Below are positions 34,728-48,113 of a stretch of 64,000 nt of DNA, piece by piece. The stretch covers positions 51,201-115,200 of the forward strand of contig CAXGWC010000001.1 of assembly GCA_964013425.1 (NCBI GenBank), written 5' to 3'. The DNA comes from an uncultured Candidatus Poseidoniales archaeon (lineage in GTDB: Archaea > Thermoplasmatota > Poseidoniia > Poseidoniales > Thalassarchaeaceae). The notes under the pieces are model-generated. The model searched no databases, was not told where the DNA came from, and was given only the letters and a program-made list of their open reading frames with translations. Within the stretch, counting starts at the first letter, position 1. Every line of letters begins with the position of its first letter. A program made the position numbers and the translations under genes.

Positions 34728-35963
34728 CTACCGCCTAGTGAACTCTTCTTCAATCCTACTTCCTATCGTTGAAGGTGCGGTATTGGTCATTGTAATGTAT
34801 GTAGTTCTGCCCCTGCCAACTGAAGTATTGGTTGATCGAGCCTCCAACAAACCTTCCTTTTCCAGTGCCTTTAGATGTTTCCAAAATGTCGTGTAGCTCC
34901 TTGGTTTTATCTCAAATTCCTCACAGACCACTTCATACAACTTCCTAGCATCTCCACTTGATATCTCCTCTTCCTTGCGTAATCTTCTGCATATCCCGAG
35001 AAGTACAAGTTTCTGATGGGCACTAAGGGAGTCAATCTGGCTTGGCTCAACAGAAGCAGACCTTATGGTACTCGGCATTACATCACTCAACGCCACCTCT
35101 CCTCTTCCGTCCATCTCCGCCCTCCTCACCGCGGCCTCAAGAAGCTCGATAGCTAATCTGGCATCGCCAGTGCTCTCTGCAAACCTTCCTATCTTCTCAA
35201 AGATATCATCGCTCACAGATCCGGATCTACAAGATGCCTCATATCTCTGCTTAGAAATTCCAATCAAGCCATCATAACCATAAGGCTCCAGCTTCAGTAC
35301 GTTACTCTCCCCTAGTCTCGAGATTATTGCCGGCTCCATCATACCCATCAGTGCCAAGTCCTGACTAACTAGAATCAGGGAGATAGTTCCTTGCCCACCC
35401 TGTCCTTCATCGATCCGCAGTAGTTTGTAGATTAGATCGCTATTATCTCTCCTGATGAGGACATCAACCTCGTCCAACACCAATATCATATGGAGCCCCC
35501 TAGATCGAATATTCCTCCTTATCGACTGAATGATTTCTCCAGAGCTAAATCCTCTCTCAGGATGCCGGGAGTCCAAAGACAGTGCAATTTGTTGTAAGAC
35601 CTGATTCGTAGAGGGATGATTACGACAATTAACATGAGAGAGAGCCATCTTTCTAACCCCATCCAACTCTCTGACTACATCCTCTCCAAATCTTCTAGTT
35701 AGTACGGTTTTCCCCGTTCCAACATGTCCTATGACAACCGCGCGACCACTCACTCCCTCATTGCCTATTCCCATGAACATCGAGGCTAAAATGCCTAGTT
35801 CATTGTCCCTGCCTACAAGACTTGGAGGGGTCCAATCGAATGAAAGTGGGCCCCTGTCGACAAGTATCTTGCCGGCACCGATACTGTCAAGGTAGTCTGC
35901 CATCAAACTACACGCGCTAACATCGTTATTAGACATATTCAGGGGAAATTGGAAATTGACCAC
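34728..35963 (-). CDS. orc1: Orc1/Cdc6 replication initiator (canonical)
   Basis: PPSLVGRDNELG, Walker A GHVGTGKTV, Walker B ILVLDEVDVL, sensor-2 GDARLAIELLEAA and a C-terminal winged helix (LKALEKEGLLEARS..GRGRTTYI). Start is GTG 35963 or ATG 35936. Confidence 0.85.
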   Translation of the reverse strand: MVNFQFPLNMSNNDVSACSLMADYLDSIGAGKILVDRGPLSFDWTPPSLVGRDNELGILASMFMGIGNEGVSGRAVVIGHVGTGKTVLTRRFGEDVVRELDGVRKMALSHVNCRNHPSTNQVLQQIALSLDSRHPERGFSSGEIIQSIRRNIRSRGLHMILVLDEVDVLIRRDNSDLIYKLLRIDEGQGGQGTISLILVSQDLALMGMMEPAIISRLGESNVLKLEPYGYDGLIGISKQRYEASCRSGSVSDDIFEKIGRFAESTGDARLAIELLEAAVRRAEMDGRGEVALSDVMPSTIRSASVEPSQIDSLSAHQKLVLLGICRRLRKEEEISSGDARKLYEVVCEEFEIKPRSYTTFWKHLKALEKEGLLEARSTNTSVGRGRTTYITMTNTAPSTIGSRIEEEFTRR

Positions 35964-35991
35964 ACATCATGTCGATATCTCAATCGCCAAA

Positions 35992-37098
35992 TCACGGAAT
36001 CTCATCAAATTGGTAACCGTTTTCCCACTTCTTTTCACCCAAGGCAACTTCAAGCTCATATGGAGTTACCAACGGCTTGTCATACCTTACTGAGTCATCA
36101 ATGGCTATCCTCGGACACGCAGTATTCACGAACGCGTCAACCGGGTAGAAGTCTATCAGATCAGGACTCACGTGATCGAGTGCGAGTAAGTATCCCTTCT
36201 TACCATGCTTCTCGAGAATTCTTTTCATCCTAATTGCAAGGTTCCTCCTCATCTGCCCCGGCTTTTCCCCAATTAGAATTCCAAAAGTAGTAGCATTGTC
36301 TATTTCCATAATTAGCCCAAAACGTTGCCTTAGAATCCTTTCGATACGATCGAAAGACATCTCACTTGAGTCTCCAGTATAGGGGTCTAGAAGGGCCAAA
36401 GGCTTCCCTGTATGGAGAACCAAACCTATCGGATGAAAATCTCCAGAACCAAGGAACAGGTAATGCCCTATATTCTCATTATCTCCAGAATAATTGCAAC
36501 CGAGAACCTGCCCAGGGAATGTTAGCCTATCTCCTCCAGTCGGTATTTCTACTTCGAACCCAGCTCTTTCCAACATTTCTTTGTATTTTGGAAGTAGGTG
36601 TAGGTGTTGTATTGATCCTACAAGACCGAGTTTGGTCTCCTTTAGAGGGGAGAACCTACCTACCGCATCTAAGAAAATCTCCTGTGCCTCCTCCTCATCG
36701 AGATCATTCTTCCTTTCCGCTCCCTTCCTAGACTCGGCAATTGATAGATGGGCTCTAAGAATCGGCAAGACTCCTTCAATTTCTGGCTCGCCATCGTACG
36801 TCACCGAGATGAACTGCGTCGGCATCCCAGAGTCTATGTTCATCTGACTATGTCCCATATGTGCAACTAGCTCAACTCCCATCGCTCTCATCTTGTCATG
36901 TACTAAATCACAGGCACCATAGCAAGGGTCTGCCGCAAGAACAACCTTGGCATCTGAGTCATCTTCTATCTGATCCATCATTTCCAGAGCTTGCATTTTC
37001 AGGCCCTCTGGAACTTGTAATGCAATAAGGCGATGGTCATTCGATTTTATTCTCGTAACCAACTCATCGAGCTGAAAGTCATGTCTGTCTAAATCCAT
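35992..37098 (-). CDS. dph2: Diphthamide synthesis protein Dph2 (2-(3-amino-3-carboxypropyl)histidine synthase)
   Basis: LIALQVPEGLK and three spaced Cys blocks (DPCYGACD, VLGCNYSG, VNTACPRIA) as expected for the radical-SAM-like [4Fe-4S] Dph2. Confidence 0.8.
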   Translation of the reverse strand: MDLDRHDFQLDELVTRIKSNDHRLIALQVPEGLKMQALEMMDQIEDDSDAKVVLAADPCYGACDLVHDKMRAMGVELVAHMGHSQMNIDSGMPTQFISVTYDGEPEIEGVLPILRAHLSIAESRKGAERKNDLDEEEAQEIFLDAVGRFSPLKETKLGLVGSIQHLHLLPKYKEMLERAGFEVEIPTGGDRLTFPGQVLGCNYSGDNENIGHYLFLGSGDFHPIGLVLHTGKPLALLDPYTGDSSEMSFDRIERILRQRFGLIMEIDNATTFGILIGEKPGQMRRNLAIRMKRILEKHGKKGYLLALDHVSPDLIDFYPVDAFVNTACPRIAIDDSVRYDKPLVTPYELEVALGEKKWENGYQFDEIP

Positions 37099-37104
37099 TA
37101 GTAA

Positions 37105-37683
37105 TCACTCAATAATCTCTACTTTCCCATCAACTATTTCTATCCTGGCTAGTGTCCTTATCGGCCACTCAGGTTTCTCTCTGGAGAGACGTTCGCGCCC
37201 ATCCCCTTTCTCTATTGCGATAATAATATCCTGTAGCTTCGCCCCTATTCCTTCGATTGCCTCAAGAATTGGCTCTAATGTACCTCCTGTAGAGATGACA
37301 TCATCCACAATAAGTATCCTTTCCCCGGGTTTGATATCGTTGACATATATGGTAGATTTTGAATATCCTGTGGAAACGTCAACTTTCACTTCCCCCTCCA
37401 TTCCATAAGACCTCTTTCTGATAACAACAGTGGGTTTCCCCGATGCCTCGCCTACCGAGGCCAACAATGGCAAACCCATCGCCTCAACACTGACTATGAG
37501 ATCTATTTCCGACCAATCAACCATTGAGACAATGAGATCTCTTGTGGCACGAAGAACATCAGGGTCCATCCTCGGTATTCCATCTGAAATTGGATGTATA
37601 AAGTAGGGATACTCCCCTTTCCAAATAATCGGAGCGCCCCTTAGTGAATCCTGAAGTATGGCAAGGGGGTCGCCGGGCTCCAT
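37105..37683 (-). CDS. hpt: Hypoxanthine/guanine phosphoribosyltransferase, archaeal type
   Basis: LQDSLRGAPIIWKGEYPYFIHPISDGIP, VEAMGLPL, IRKRSYG..GE, STGYSK and the PRPP loop ILIVDDVISTGGTL. Confidence 0.7.
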   Translation of the reverse strand: MEPGDPLAILQDSLRGAPIIWKGEYPYFIHPISDGIPRMDPDVLRATRDLIVSMVDWSEIDLIVSVEAMGLPLLASVGEASGKPTVVIRKRSYGMEGEVKVDVSTGYSKSTIYVNDIKPGERILIVDDVISTGGTLEPILEAIEGIGAKLQDIIIAIEKGDGRERLSREKPEWPIRTLARIEIVDGKVEIIE

Positions 37684-37695
37684 TGCCCATCAACC

Positions 37696-38235
37696 TCAGA
37701 CTTTTCCCTTCAAGTGCTCGGCTCCCCTGACAACTCTCTGGGAACAAGGAGTGGGGAACTTACAGCTCGCTTTACGAAGGGCATCCTTAGCCGCATCGTA
37801 ATTTTCTGGATTCATATGGATGGACACAATAGTCTGTCCTCTCAAGACTCTCGCAGCAGTTCCAACATTCTTCCCGAAAGCCTGCCTCATTCCCTGAGAG
37901 ACACGATCAGCACCCGCACCAGTGGCCTGCTTATTCTCTCGTAGAATTTGATGTGGGTAAACATGAATCCTGAGGGCGTAGCCGTCCACGCCCGCCGAAT
38001 TTCTTATTGTGGCATTAGCTACTTGTCTAGCCGACTCAAGAGCACTATCCCTGATCTGACATGCATTATCTGATGTCAGCTCAATAACTACTGGAAAATC
38101 TCCTGCCTCAGCTGCTTTTCTATTTCCCATGAAGTACCTGAGAATACGATTGTTTGGTACTCCTCCGGTGTACTCCCTGCGAGTAAATGACTGGCCCTTT
38201 ACTTGGCGGTACATCTTCGCTGGTTTGCGTGCCAC
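37696..38235 (-). CDS. rpl10e: 50S ribosomal protein L10e (uL16)
   Basis: MARKPAKMYRQVKGQSFTRREYTGGVP. GTG start preceded by GAGGTGA. Confidence 0.9.
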   Translation of the reverse strand: MARKPAKMYRQVKGQSFTRREYTGGVPNNRILRYFMGNRKAAEAGDFPVVIELTSDNACQIRDSALESARQVANATIRNSAGVDGYALRIHVYPHQILRENKQATGAGADRVSQGMRQAFGKNVGTAARVLRGQTIVSIHMNPENYDAAKDALRKASCKFPTPCSQRVVRGAEHLKGKV

Positions 38236-38303
38236 TTACTCACCTCTCTCGCGGGCGACCAACCCCCCATATTTAATCGTGAGGCCAAGGCAACGAGAGC
38301 TTC

Positions 38304-39260
38304 TCAACCATTCAAAACACGTTCACTCTGTTTCTGGACCTCCCCAACCCCCACAACAATTAGAATAAATCCAACTATCATGGACGCTCCGATATTCTCC
38401 CCTAATAATGCCCAACCGCCAATTACTCCAAAAACAGGGACGAGGAAAACATAGGAAGAAGCGGCCGTTGGCCCAATTACTTCTATTCCCTTTGCAAATA
38501 ATACGTAAGCAAGAACAGTTGAAATCACTCCCAGATATGCAACAGTAGCCCATTCTGAATAACTAGGAGTTGGTATTCCGGAAGACCAAATCTCGAAAAA
38601 CATCCAAGGGGTTAGCAGAACCCAACCAATGAATGAGTACCAGACTACTATCTCAAGGGGGGAAACATCACTTTTCCGTGATAGCAGAATCTTGGTTAAA
38701 TTCGTAGTAGTGGCCCATGATAAAGCGGCCATAAGAATCATCAAATCTCCGATTAATCGATGATTAAAAGGAATATCTGAGTTTGGACTCCATCCTACAA
38801 CAACAAGAACCCCGGTAATCCCAATGATAAGTCCCAAGGACATTCTGCCAGTAATTTTCTGATCTAGCATAGGGGCGGCCAAGAGGACGGTAAAAACTGG
38901 ATTTAGAGAAACTATCAGGGAAGCATCTCCCGCTGCTGTCCAAGACATTCCATGCATGAAAAATAATTGATAACACATAGTCCCGAAAATACCCAGCCAA
39001 ATCGATAATCTCCATGATTCTGCGTCCGGAGGGATGAATCTGAAAACTCCTCTAGATCTATTTGCTAAATACCAGATGAAGAACACTAAAACCGCAAATA
39101 CATATCTCAGCCATGCTGAAGTAGCCGGCTCGAGAGTAGCGGAACTATTGCCGTCGGTACCGTAACTGAGGAATCTACCAGCGGCCCAAGTAGAGCCCCA
39201 TATGATGGCAGCCAACAACAGTAGGAGATGTGTCCCAAGCTCTCCAGTTTTTGATTCCAC
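38304..39260 (-). CDS. EamA/DMT-family transporter
   Basis: Ten hydrophobic helices in two EamA-like halves (IIWGSTWAAGRF..). The ORF opens at 39332, inside aroA. GTG 39260, 8 nt after GGGGG and 16 nt after the aroA stop, is preferred but uncertain. Confidence 0.65.
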   Translation of the reverse strand: MESKTGELGTHLLLLLAAIIWGSTWAAGRFLSYGTDGNSSATLEPATSAWLRYVFAVLVFFIWYLANRSRGVFRFIPPDAESWRLSIWLGIFGTMCYQLFFMHGMSWTAAGDASLIVSLNPVFTVLLAAPMLDQKITGRMSLGLIIGITGVLVVVGWSPNSDIPFNHRLIGDLMILMAALSWATTTNLTKILLSRKSDVSPLEIVVWYSFIGWVLLTPWMFFEIWSSGIPTPSYSEWATVAYLGVISTVLAYVLFAKGIEVIGPTAASSYVFLVPVFGVIGGWALLGENIGASMIVGFILIVVGVGEVQKQSERVLNG

Positions 39261-39276
39261 TATCGGGCCCCCGGAG

Positions 39277-40470
39277 TCAGGCACTCTCGCATATGCTTTG
39301 GATGCGTTTTGTAAACCCTGGATCGGTGGCACTCACACAATCATCTCCTTCTACACACCCACCGGTCTTGGAAGCTATTATCATCGCGGTCATTGCCATT
39401 CTATGGTCAGAATAAGTCAATACAGGATCGACAGGACAGGTTGGTTCCTGTCCTCCCGGAACAATAATGCCGTCACTACTTTCCATTGACTTTATTCCGA
39501 ATGCACTAAGCATCTCTATTGTCTTGGATATCCGGTCACTTTCCTTACCCCTGGCATGTGCACACCCTGTTATCCTTCCACCATTTCCAATTGCCATTAT
39601 CGCGGCAGAAGGGGTGATAATATCCGATGCATGTGTTAAATCTAGGATCTCTGAACCAGCAATCAACATATCGATAGCTTTCTTCAATCCGATAATCTCG
39701 TCAACATTATTTTTTCTGACAGTAACTCCGTGTATTCTAGAGAAAAGAGTAGCCATCGGTATCAAGCTTTCCTCAGCACATACCTCAATGAGTGAAGGCG
39801 TGCAAACTTCCCATGGGCCTAGTTGTAATTCGTCCCTGTAGATGCCGATACTTTTTCCCGACATTGAGCATATTTTCTTAGTCAGGCCCCAATATCCTTC
39901 GCTAACATGCACTCCCTTTGTCTTGAGAGAAATTTCATTTGGTAAATTGGGGGATGCCAGGGCCATGGCAGTCAAACCCTGACTTGTTCCACTCCAATCA
40001 ATAGTGGCATCCTTAGAGCTAATCCTTCCCGATATTGTCCTGGGTACAGAATTACTACTTATCTCACATCCAAGTTGGGATAAAGTCTCACAAAGTCCGA
40101 CAGAACTCCTCCTTCTGAGTGAACTATCTCCGTCTATTTTAGCATCACCTTTCAAACAAGCCGACATCGCTGAAACCACACTGGCTGTAGTACCAGAATT
40201 TCCACAGTTCAGAACATGATCAGGAATATATAATCCATCTTTCGAGCCTTCAATGAGCCAATTTCCTTCTCTAAAATCAATCTTTGAGCCCATTGCCGCT
40301 AAACAATTTGCCATCGCGAATGAGTCCTCTCCGGGCACTCCCTCAAATGAGATATTGGTCTCTCCTCGACTCTGAGACCCAAGAGCTAGCCATCTAATCA
40401 TATGGCTCTTTGAAGGAGGCATTAACCAGTCAAAAGAACCGGTCAGATTGGTAGCGTCGAATTCCATCAT
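39277..40470 (-). CDS. aroA: 3-phosphoshikimate 1-carboxyvinyltransferase (EPSP synthase)
   Basis: LMPPSKSHMIRWLALGS, NCGNSGTTA, KESDRI and DHRMAMT blocks. Confidence 0.85.
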   Translation of the reverse strand: MMEFDATNLTGSFDWLMPPSKSHMIRWLALGSQSRGETNISFEGVPGEDSFAMANCLAAMGSKIDFREGNWLIEGSKDGLYIPDHVLNCGNSGTTASVVSAMSACLKGDAKIDGDSSLRRRSSVGLCETLSQLGCEISSNSVPRTISGRISSKDATIDWSGTSQGLTAMALASPNLPNEISLKTKGVHVSEGYWGLTKKICSMSGKSIGIYRDELQLGPWEVCTPSLIEVCAEESLIPMATLFSRIHGVTVRKNNVDEIIGLKKAIDMLIAGSEILDLTHASDIITPSAAIMAIGNGGRITGCAHARGKESDRISKTIEMLSAFGIKSMESSDGIIVPGGQEPTCPVDPVLTYSDHRMAMTAMIIASKTGGCVEGDDCVSATDPGFTKRIQSICESA

Positions 40471-40485
40471 GAAACCACGTGCAGC

Positions 40486-41379
40486 TCATTCATGTTGAAT
40501 CCTCGTATCCCTGCTTCTTATCCAATCTCCGAAGTCAACAGAAGAATCCCACTCTCCAGATGCCTCATCTATGACGCTGAAACGCATGGTATCATGTAAT
40601 CCTCCAGTATTCTTGACAAGATTATTTCGAAGTAGCATTTTCGGACTCAGGCCCGGCATCATTACCCCTATTGCCCAAGGGACTCTCCCAGGGTATACTT
40701 CGTTAACATGATTGACTATATTTGTTGTACAGGTGTTTGTGAGTGTGTTGTACCACTCAGGCTCATCTGCCAACTTGTTTGTTCTTCTTATGTAAGACTC
40801 CAGCATTCTCCTTTCGTTTCCCGGACCAAGAACCACCCCTTCGAAAAGATGCGTCTTAGATTTTATTCTGCATCGTGATCTCACTCCGATGATATCACGC
40901 TCAGTGCCCCAGACATAGATTAACTCATAAGTTCTAAAAATACCTTTCAAAGGGTCATAAGAGACTCCTTTCTTCTTTCTAACCTCGATTGAGCAAGCTA
41001 GTCTTCTGCCATCTTCAAATTCATAGCTAAGTATAGTATGGGCCATCTCTCTTCTTTCAGGGCTAAAATATTCGAGTACAAACCATATCTTCGTCACCTT
41101 ACTCAGGTCCACTCTCACATCTATCCATCGTTCATCGTAATCCTTGGTAGTTCTCCAATTGAAATCACGGACATTTCTGAACAATGCTATATCTCCTTCA
41201 AACTCAACGGTGGCTAGCCTTTCATTATCATTGACCCATGATCTGTCATTTGAAGGAGACATGGCGAAATGCCTCCTGAGAATCAATATCAGAGCTATTG
41301 ATAATATCAGAAAAATGACGATAGTCAAATCTGCAATAGACGTCACATACTCCCGTAACCGCATGAGGAAATAACTCAT
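40486..41379 (-). CDS. DUF4105 (Lnb N-terminal-like) membrane-anchored protein
   Basis: One N-terminal TM helix, then RDFNWRT..RWIDVRVDLSKV..WFVLEYFSP..AHTILSYEF, typical of DUF4105. The long ORF start (41445) overlaps the tRNA, so ATG 41379 is used. Confidence 0.55.
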   Translation of the reverse strand: MSYFLMRLREYVTSIADLTIVIFLILSIALILILRRHFAMSPSNDRSWVNDNERLATVEFEGDIALFRNVRDFNWRTTKDYDERWIDVRVDLSKVTKIWFVLEYFSPERREMAHTILSYEFEDGRRLACSIEVRKKKGVSYDPLKGIFRTYELIYVWGTERDIIGVRSRCRIKSKTHLFEGVVLGPGNERRMLESYIRRTNKLADEPEWYNTLTNTCTTNIVNHVNEVYPGRVPWAIGVMMPGLSPKMLLRNNLVKNTGGLHDTMRFSVIDEASGEWDSSVDFGDWIRSRDTRIQHE

Positions 41380-41391
41380 GCCCAGAATTAA

Positions 41392-41478
41392 TGGCGCGGC
41401 AGGGGAGATTCGAACTCCCGAGGTGAAACACCACTGGATTAGCAATCCAGCGCAATGGCCAGGCTATGCGACTGCCGC
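41392..41478 (-). tRNA. tRNA-Ser (anticodon GCU), CCA encoded
   Basis: The reverse complement folds as a class II tRNA. Acceptor GCGGCAG/CTGCCGC, anticodon stem CTGGA/TCCAG with loop TTGCTAA, long variable arm GGTG-TTT-CACC, T arm GGGAG-TTCGAAT-CTCCC, discriminator G + CCA. Confidence 0.9.
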
Positions 41479-41520
41479 AGCGCCCTAGCGACCATTGGTC
41501 CTCGCTTAAGCCGAGCGGTC

Positions 41521-46223
<4,703 letters not shown>

Positions 46224-46439
46224 TCATTATGATACAATCTAGTGTTAGGTGGTTATTCAACTCTACTAGTATATCCTCTGATATCATTCAGTTTCACTAG
46301 TTTATCCATGCTATGAAAAAAAGCATATTACCATTCTTCTGGTTAGTCAATATTGTTAGTTACGACTATTTCGAGGTGAAAAATTATCGCACGTGGCCAC
46401 ACGACACGATTAAACAGAATCCTATGGTCGAAGCGATAC

Positions 46440-47234
46440 ATGGAGATGCCACAGGTATGCGTCGTGCTCAGCGGTCATACTGTGGATGAGATGCTTAAAG
46501 ACGCTGCACTGGCAATGGCAGCGGGGGCTGACCTAGTAGAGGTCAGGTTAGATAATCTCTGGGTCAGTGAGATGGAAATAGACGATTCAGAAGATGAAAA
46601 AGAGACAAAAGCAAGAACGAGAAAAGAAATCGAGTATGAGGTTCTACCACTTGAATCAGTAGATCTAGATGCCGCGCTATCTTCATTCAAACAAGGGATA
46701 GAGCTCCCCGTAATATTGACATGCAGGCCCGAAAGACAAGGAGGTCACTATCCAGGAGATGAAGAGAGTAGGATAGAAGTTCTCAGAACCGCCATTAAAA
46801 GTGGAGTCAGTTGGGTAGATTTGGAGGTGGATATATCCATCAAGGAAAGAGATTCATTGATGGAAATAGCAAAAGGAAAAACACAGGTGATAGCTTCACA
46901 CCACTCTGAAGAAGTCCCCCCTCCCGCAAATGAGATAATCTCTGAGATAGAGGATTATGTCAGCTATGGGGATATGGTAAAAATATGCTATCCAATTTCT
47001 GGATCAGAGGGTGCTCTGAGGATATTCGAAGCCGCATGGGAGTTGAGAGATTCCGAAATCAAAGTGTCCTTGATGGGAATAGGCTCAGGAGGGGACTGGG
47101 TGAGAATTCATGCACCTTTACTTAATCAGAATTTCGTATATTCGACAATGCAGACTGGTTGGCACTTATCCCACTCTGGGAAAATAAACGTAACAGATTT
47201 AGCCACAGCGTGGAAACTTCTTGGTTACGCCTAA
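46440..47234 (+). CDS. aroD: 3-dehydroquinate dehydratase, type I
   Basis: DLVEVRLD, PVILTCRPERQGG, VIASHHS, MVKICYP (Schiff-base Lys region) and SLMGIGSGGDWVRIH. Confidence 0.75.
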   Translation: MEMPQVCVVLSGHTVDEMLKDAALAMAAGADLVEVRLDNLWVSEMEIDDSEDEKETKARTRKEIEYEVLPLESVDLDAALSSFKQGIELPVILTCRPERQGGHYPGDEESRIEVLRTAIKSGVSWVDLEVDISIKERDSLMEIAKGKTQVIASHHSEEVPPPANEIISEIEDYVSYGDMVKICYPISGSEGALRIFEAAWELRDSEIKVSLMGIGSGGDWVRIHAPLLNQNFVYSTMQTGWHLSHSGKINVTDLATAWKLLGYA

Positions 47235-48112
47235 TTGTCTTTAGTATCCCTACTCTCACTATCTAAGTAGGGAAGGTCTCGTCTCTCTTCAACTTCGATA
47301 TTTTCTCTACCATTAGCCATATATCTTGCATGGATGATCATCGGTATTATTATGCAAGCTAGTGGCAGTGATCCAACTAAAAGAGTAGCAGTAAATTTAG
47401 GGATGTTCAATCTTTCTTCAACATCTATGAGAACTTCAACATCGATATCTCCTCCGGTCGCTTCAGTGTTAGTATGCCTTCTATTATCCCAACCGTCGAT
47501 TACCAGATAGTAGAGGATGTCTCCCCCTCCAAAGAAGCCTGATCCAGAGGAATCAATAGCGACCGAGAATTCAGTGTAGGTAGTCCCTTCGTAAGCATGA
47601 ACATCTCTGAATGGTAGCCAGTCATCCATGTCCCGCCACTCAACGGGAAGCTCATCGAACGCTTCAAAGAAAGAGTCATCTTCTCTCAGCTCATAACCGA
47701 GAGTATACCTGTCCCAGTTTGGCTGAGTCATTAGATAGATGTCAGAACTTGGATTCAGGGGAGGTTCATCCTGATTGCTAGTTATGCTTACGCAGAATGA
47801 ATACATGTATCCTGGAACTAGCTTCATAGACACCGCAGTCGCACTATCATTGTCAACAGTGAAATCTACAAATACATCAGACTGAAGATTATACTGCGGC
47901 CCTTCGTTATTCCAGAAAGAGTCTTCAACCGGCTCCAAAGAAATGCTATTGGATGCAATTACATCATTTACTGCTGGGACATCACAAGATCCACTATATT
48001 GGGCTGAAGCAACTGGCGAAGATATTATCAACAAAGTGAAAAAGGAAACCGGAAAGACTAGTGAAAGATTAACCAAAAGAGAGAGAATTTTTCTTCTTTT
48101 CGTAAAGTCCAC
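47231..48112 (-). CDS. Secreted protein with C-terminal membrane anchor, unknown function
   Basis: GTG 48112 lies 7 nt after GAGGAGG and 1 nt after the upstream stop. Leader MDFTKRRKILSLLVNLSLVFPVSFFTLLIISSPVASA/QY. C-terminal TM helix LLVGSLPLACIIIPMII. Confidence 0.55.
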   Translation of the reverse strand: MDFTKRRKILSLLVNLSLVFPVSFFTLLIISSPVASAQYSGSCDVPAVNDVIASNSISLEPVEDSFWNNEGPQYNLQSDVFVDFTVDNDSATAVSMKLVPGYMYSFCVSITSNQDEPPLNPSSDIYLMTQPNWDRYTLGYELREDDSFFEAFDELPVEWRDMDDWLPFRDVHAYEGTTYTEFSVAIDSSGSGFFGGGDILYYLVIDGWDNRRHTNTEATGGDIDVEVLIDVEERLNIPKFTATLLVGSLPLACIIIPMIIHARYMANGRENIEVEERRDLPYLDSESRDTKDN

Positions 48113-48113
48113 T

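Noticed and set aside
41392-41478. tRNA-Ser as the attachment site of an integrated element.
   Set aside because: There is no integrase, no phage or plasmid genes and no direct repeat of the tRNA 3' end in the flanking 5 kb. The neighbours are gyrA and shikimate-pathway genes.
46225-46290. A possible C/D-box sRNA in the gyrB-aroD intergenic region (ATGATAC ... CTGA about 50 nt apart).
   Set aside because: The C-box candidate has two mismatches to RUGAUGA. There are no convincing C'/D' boxes or terminal stem. The pattern is expected by chance in AT-rich DNA.
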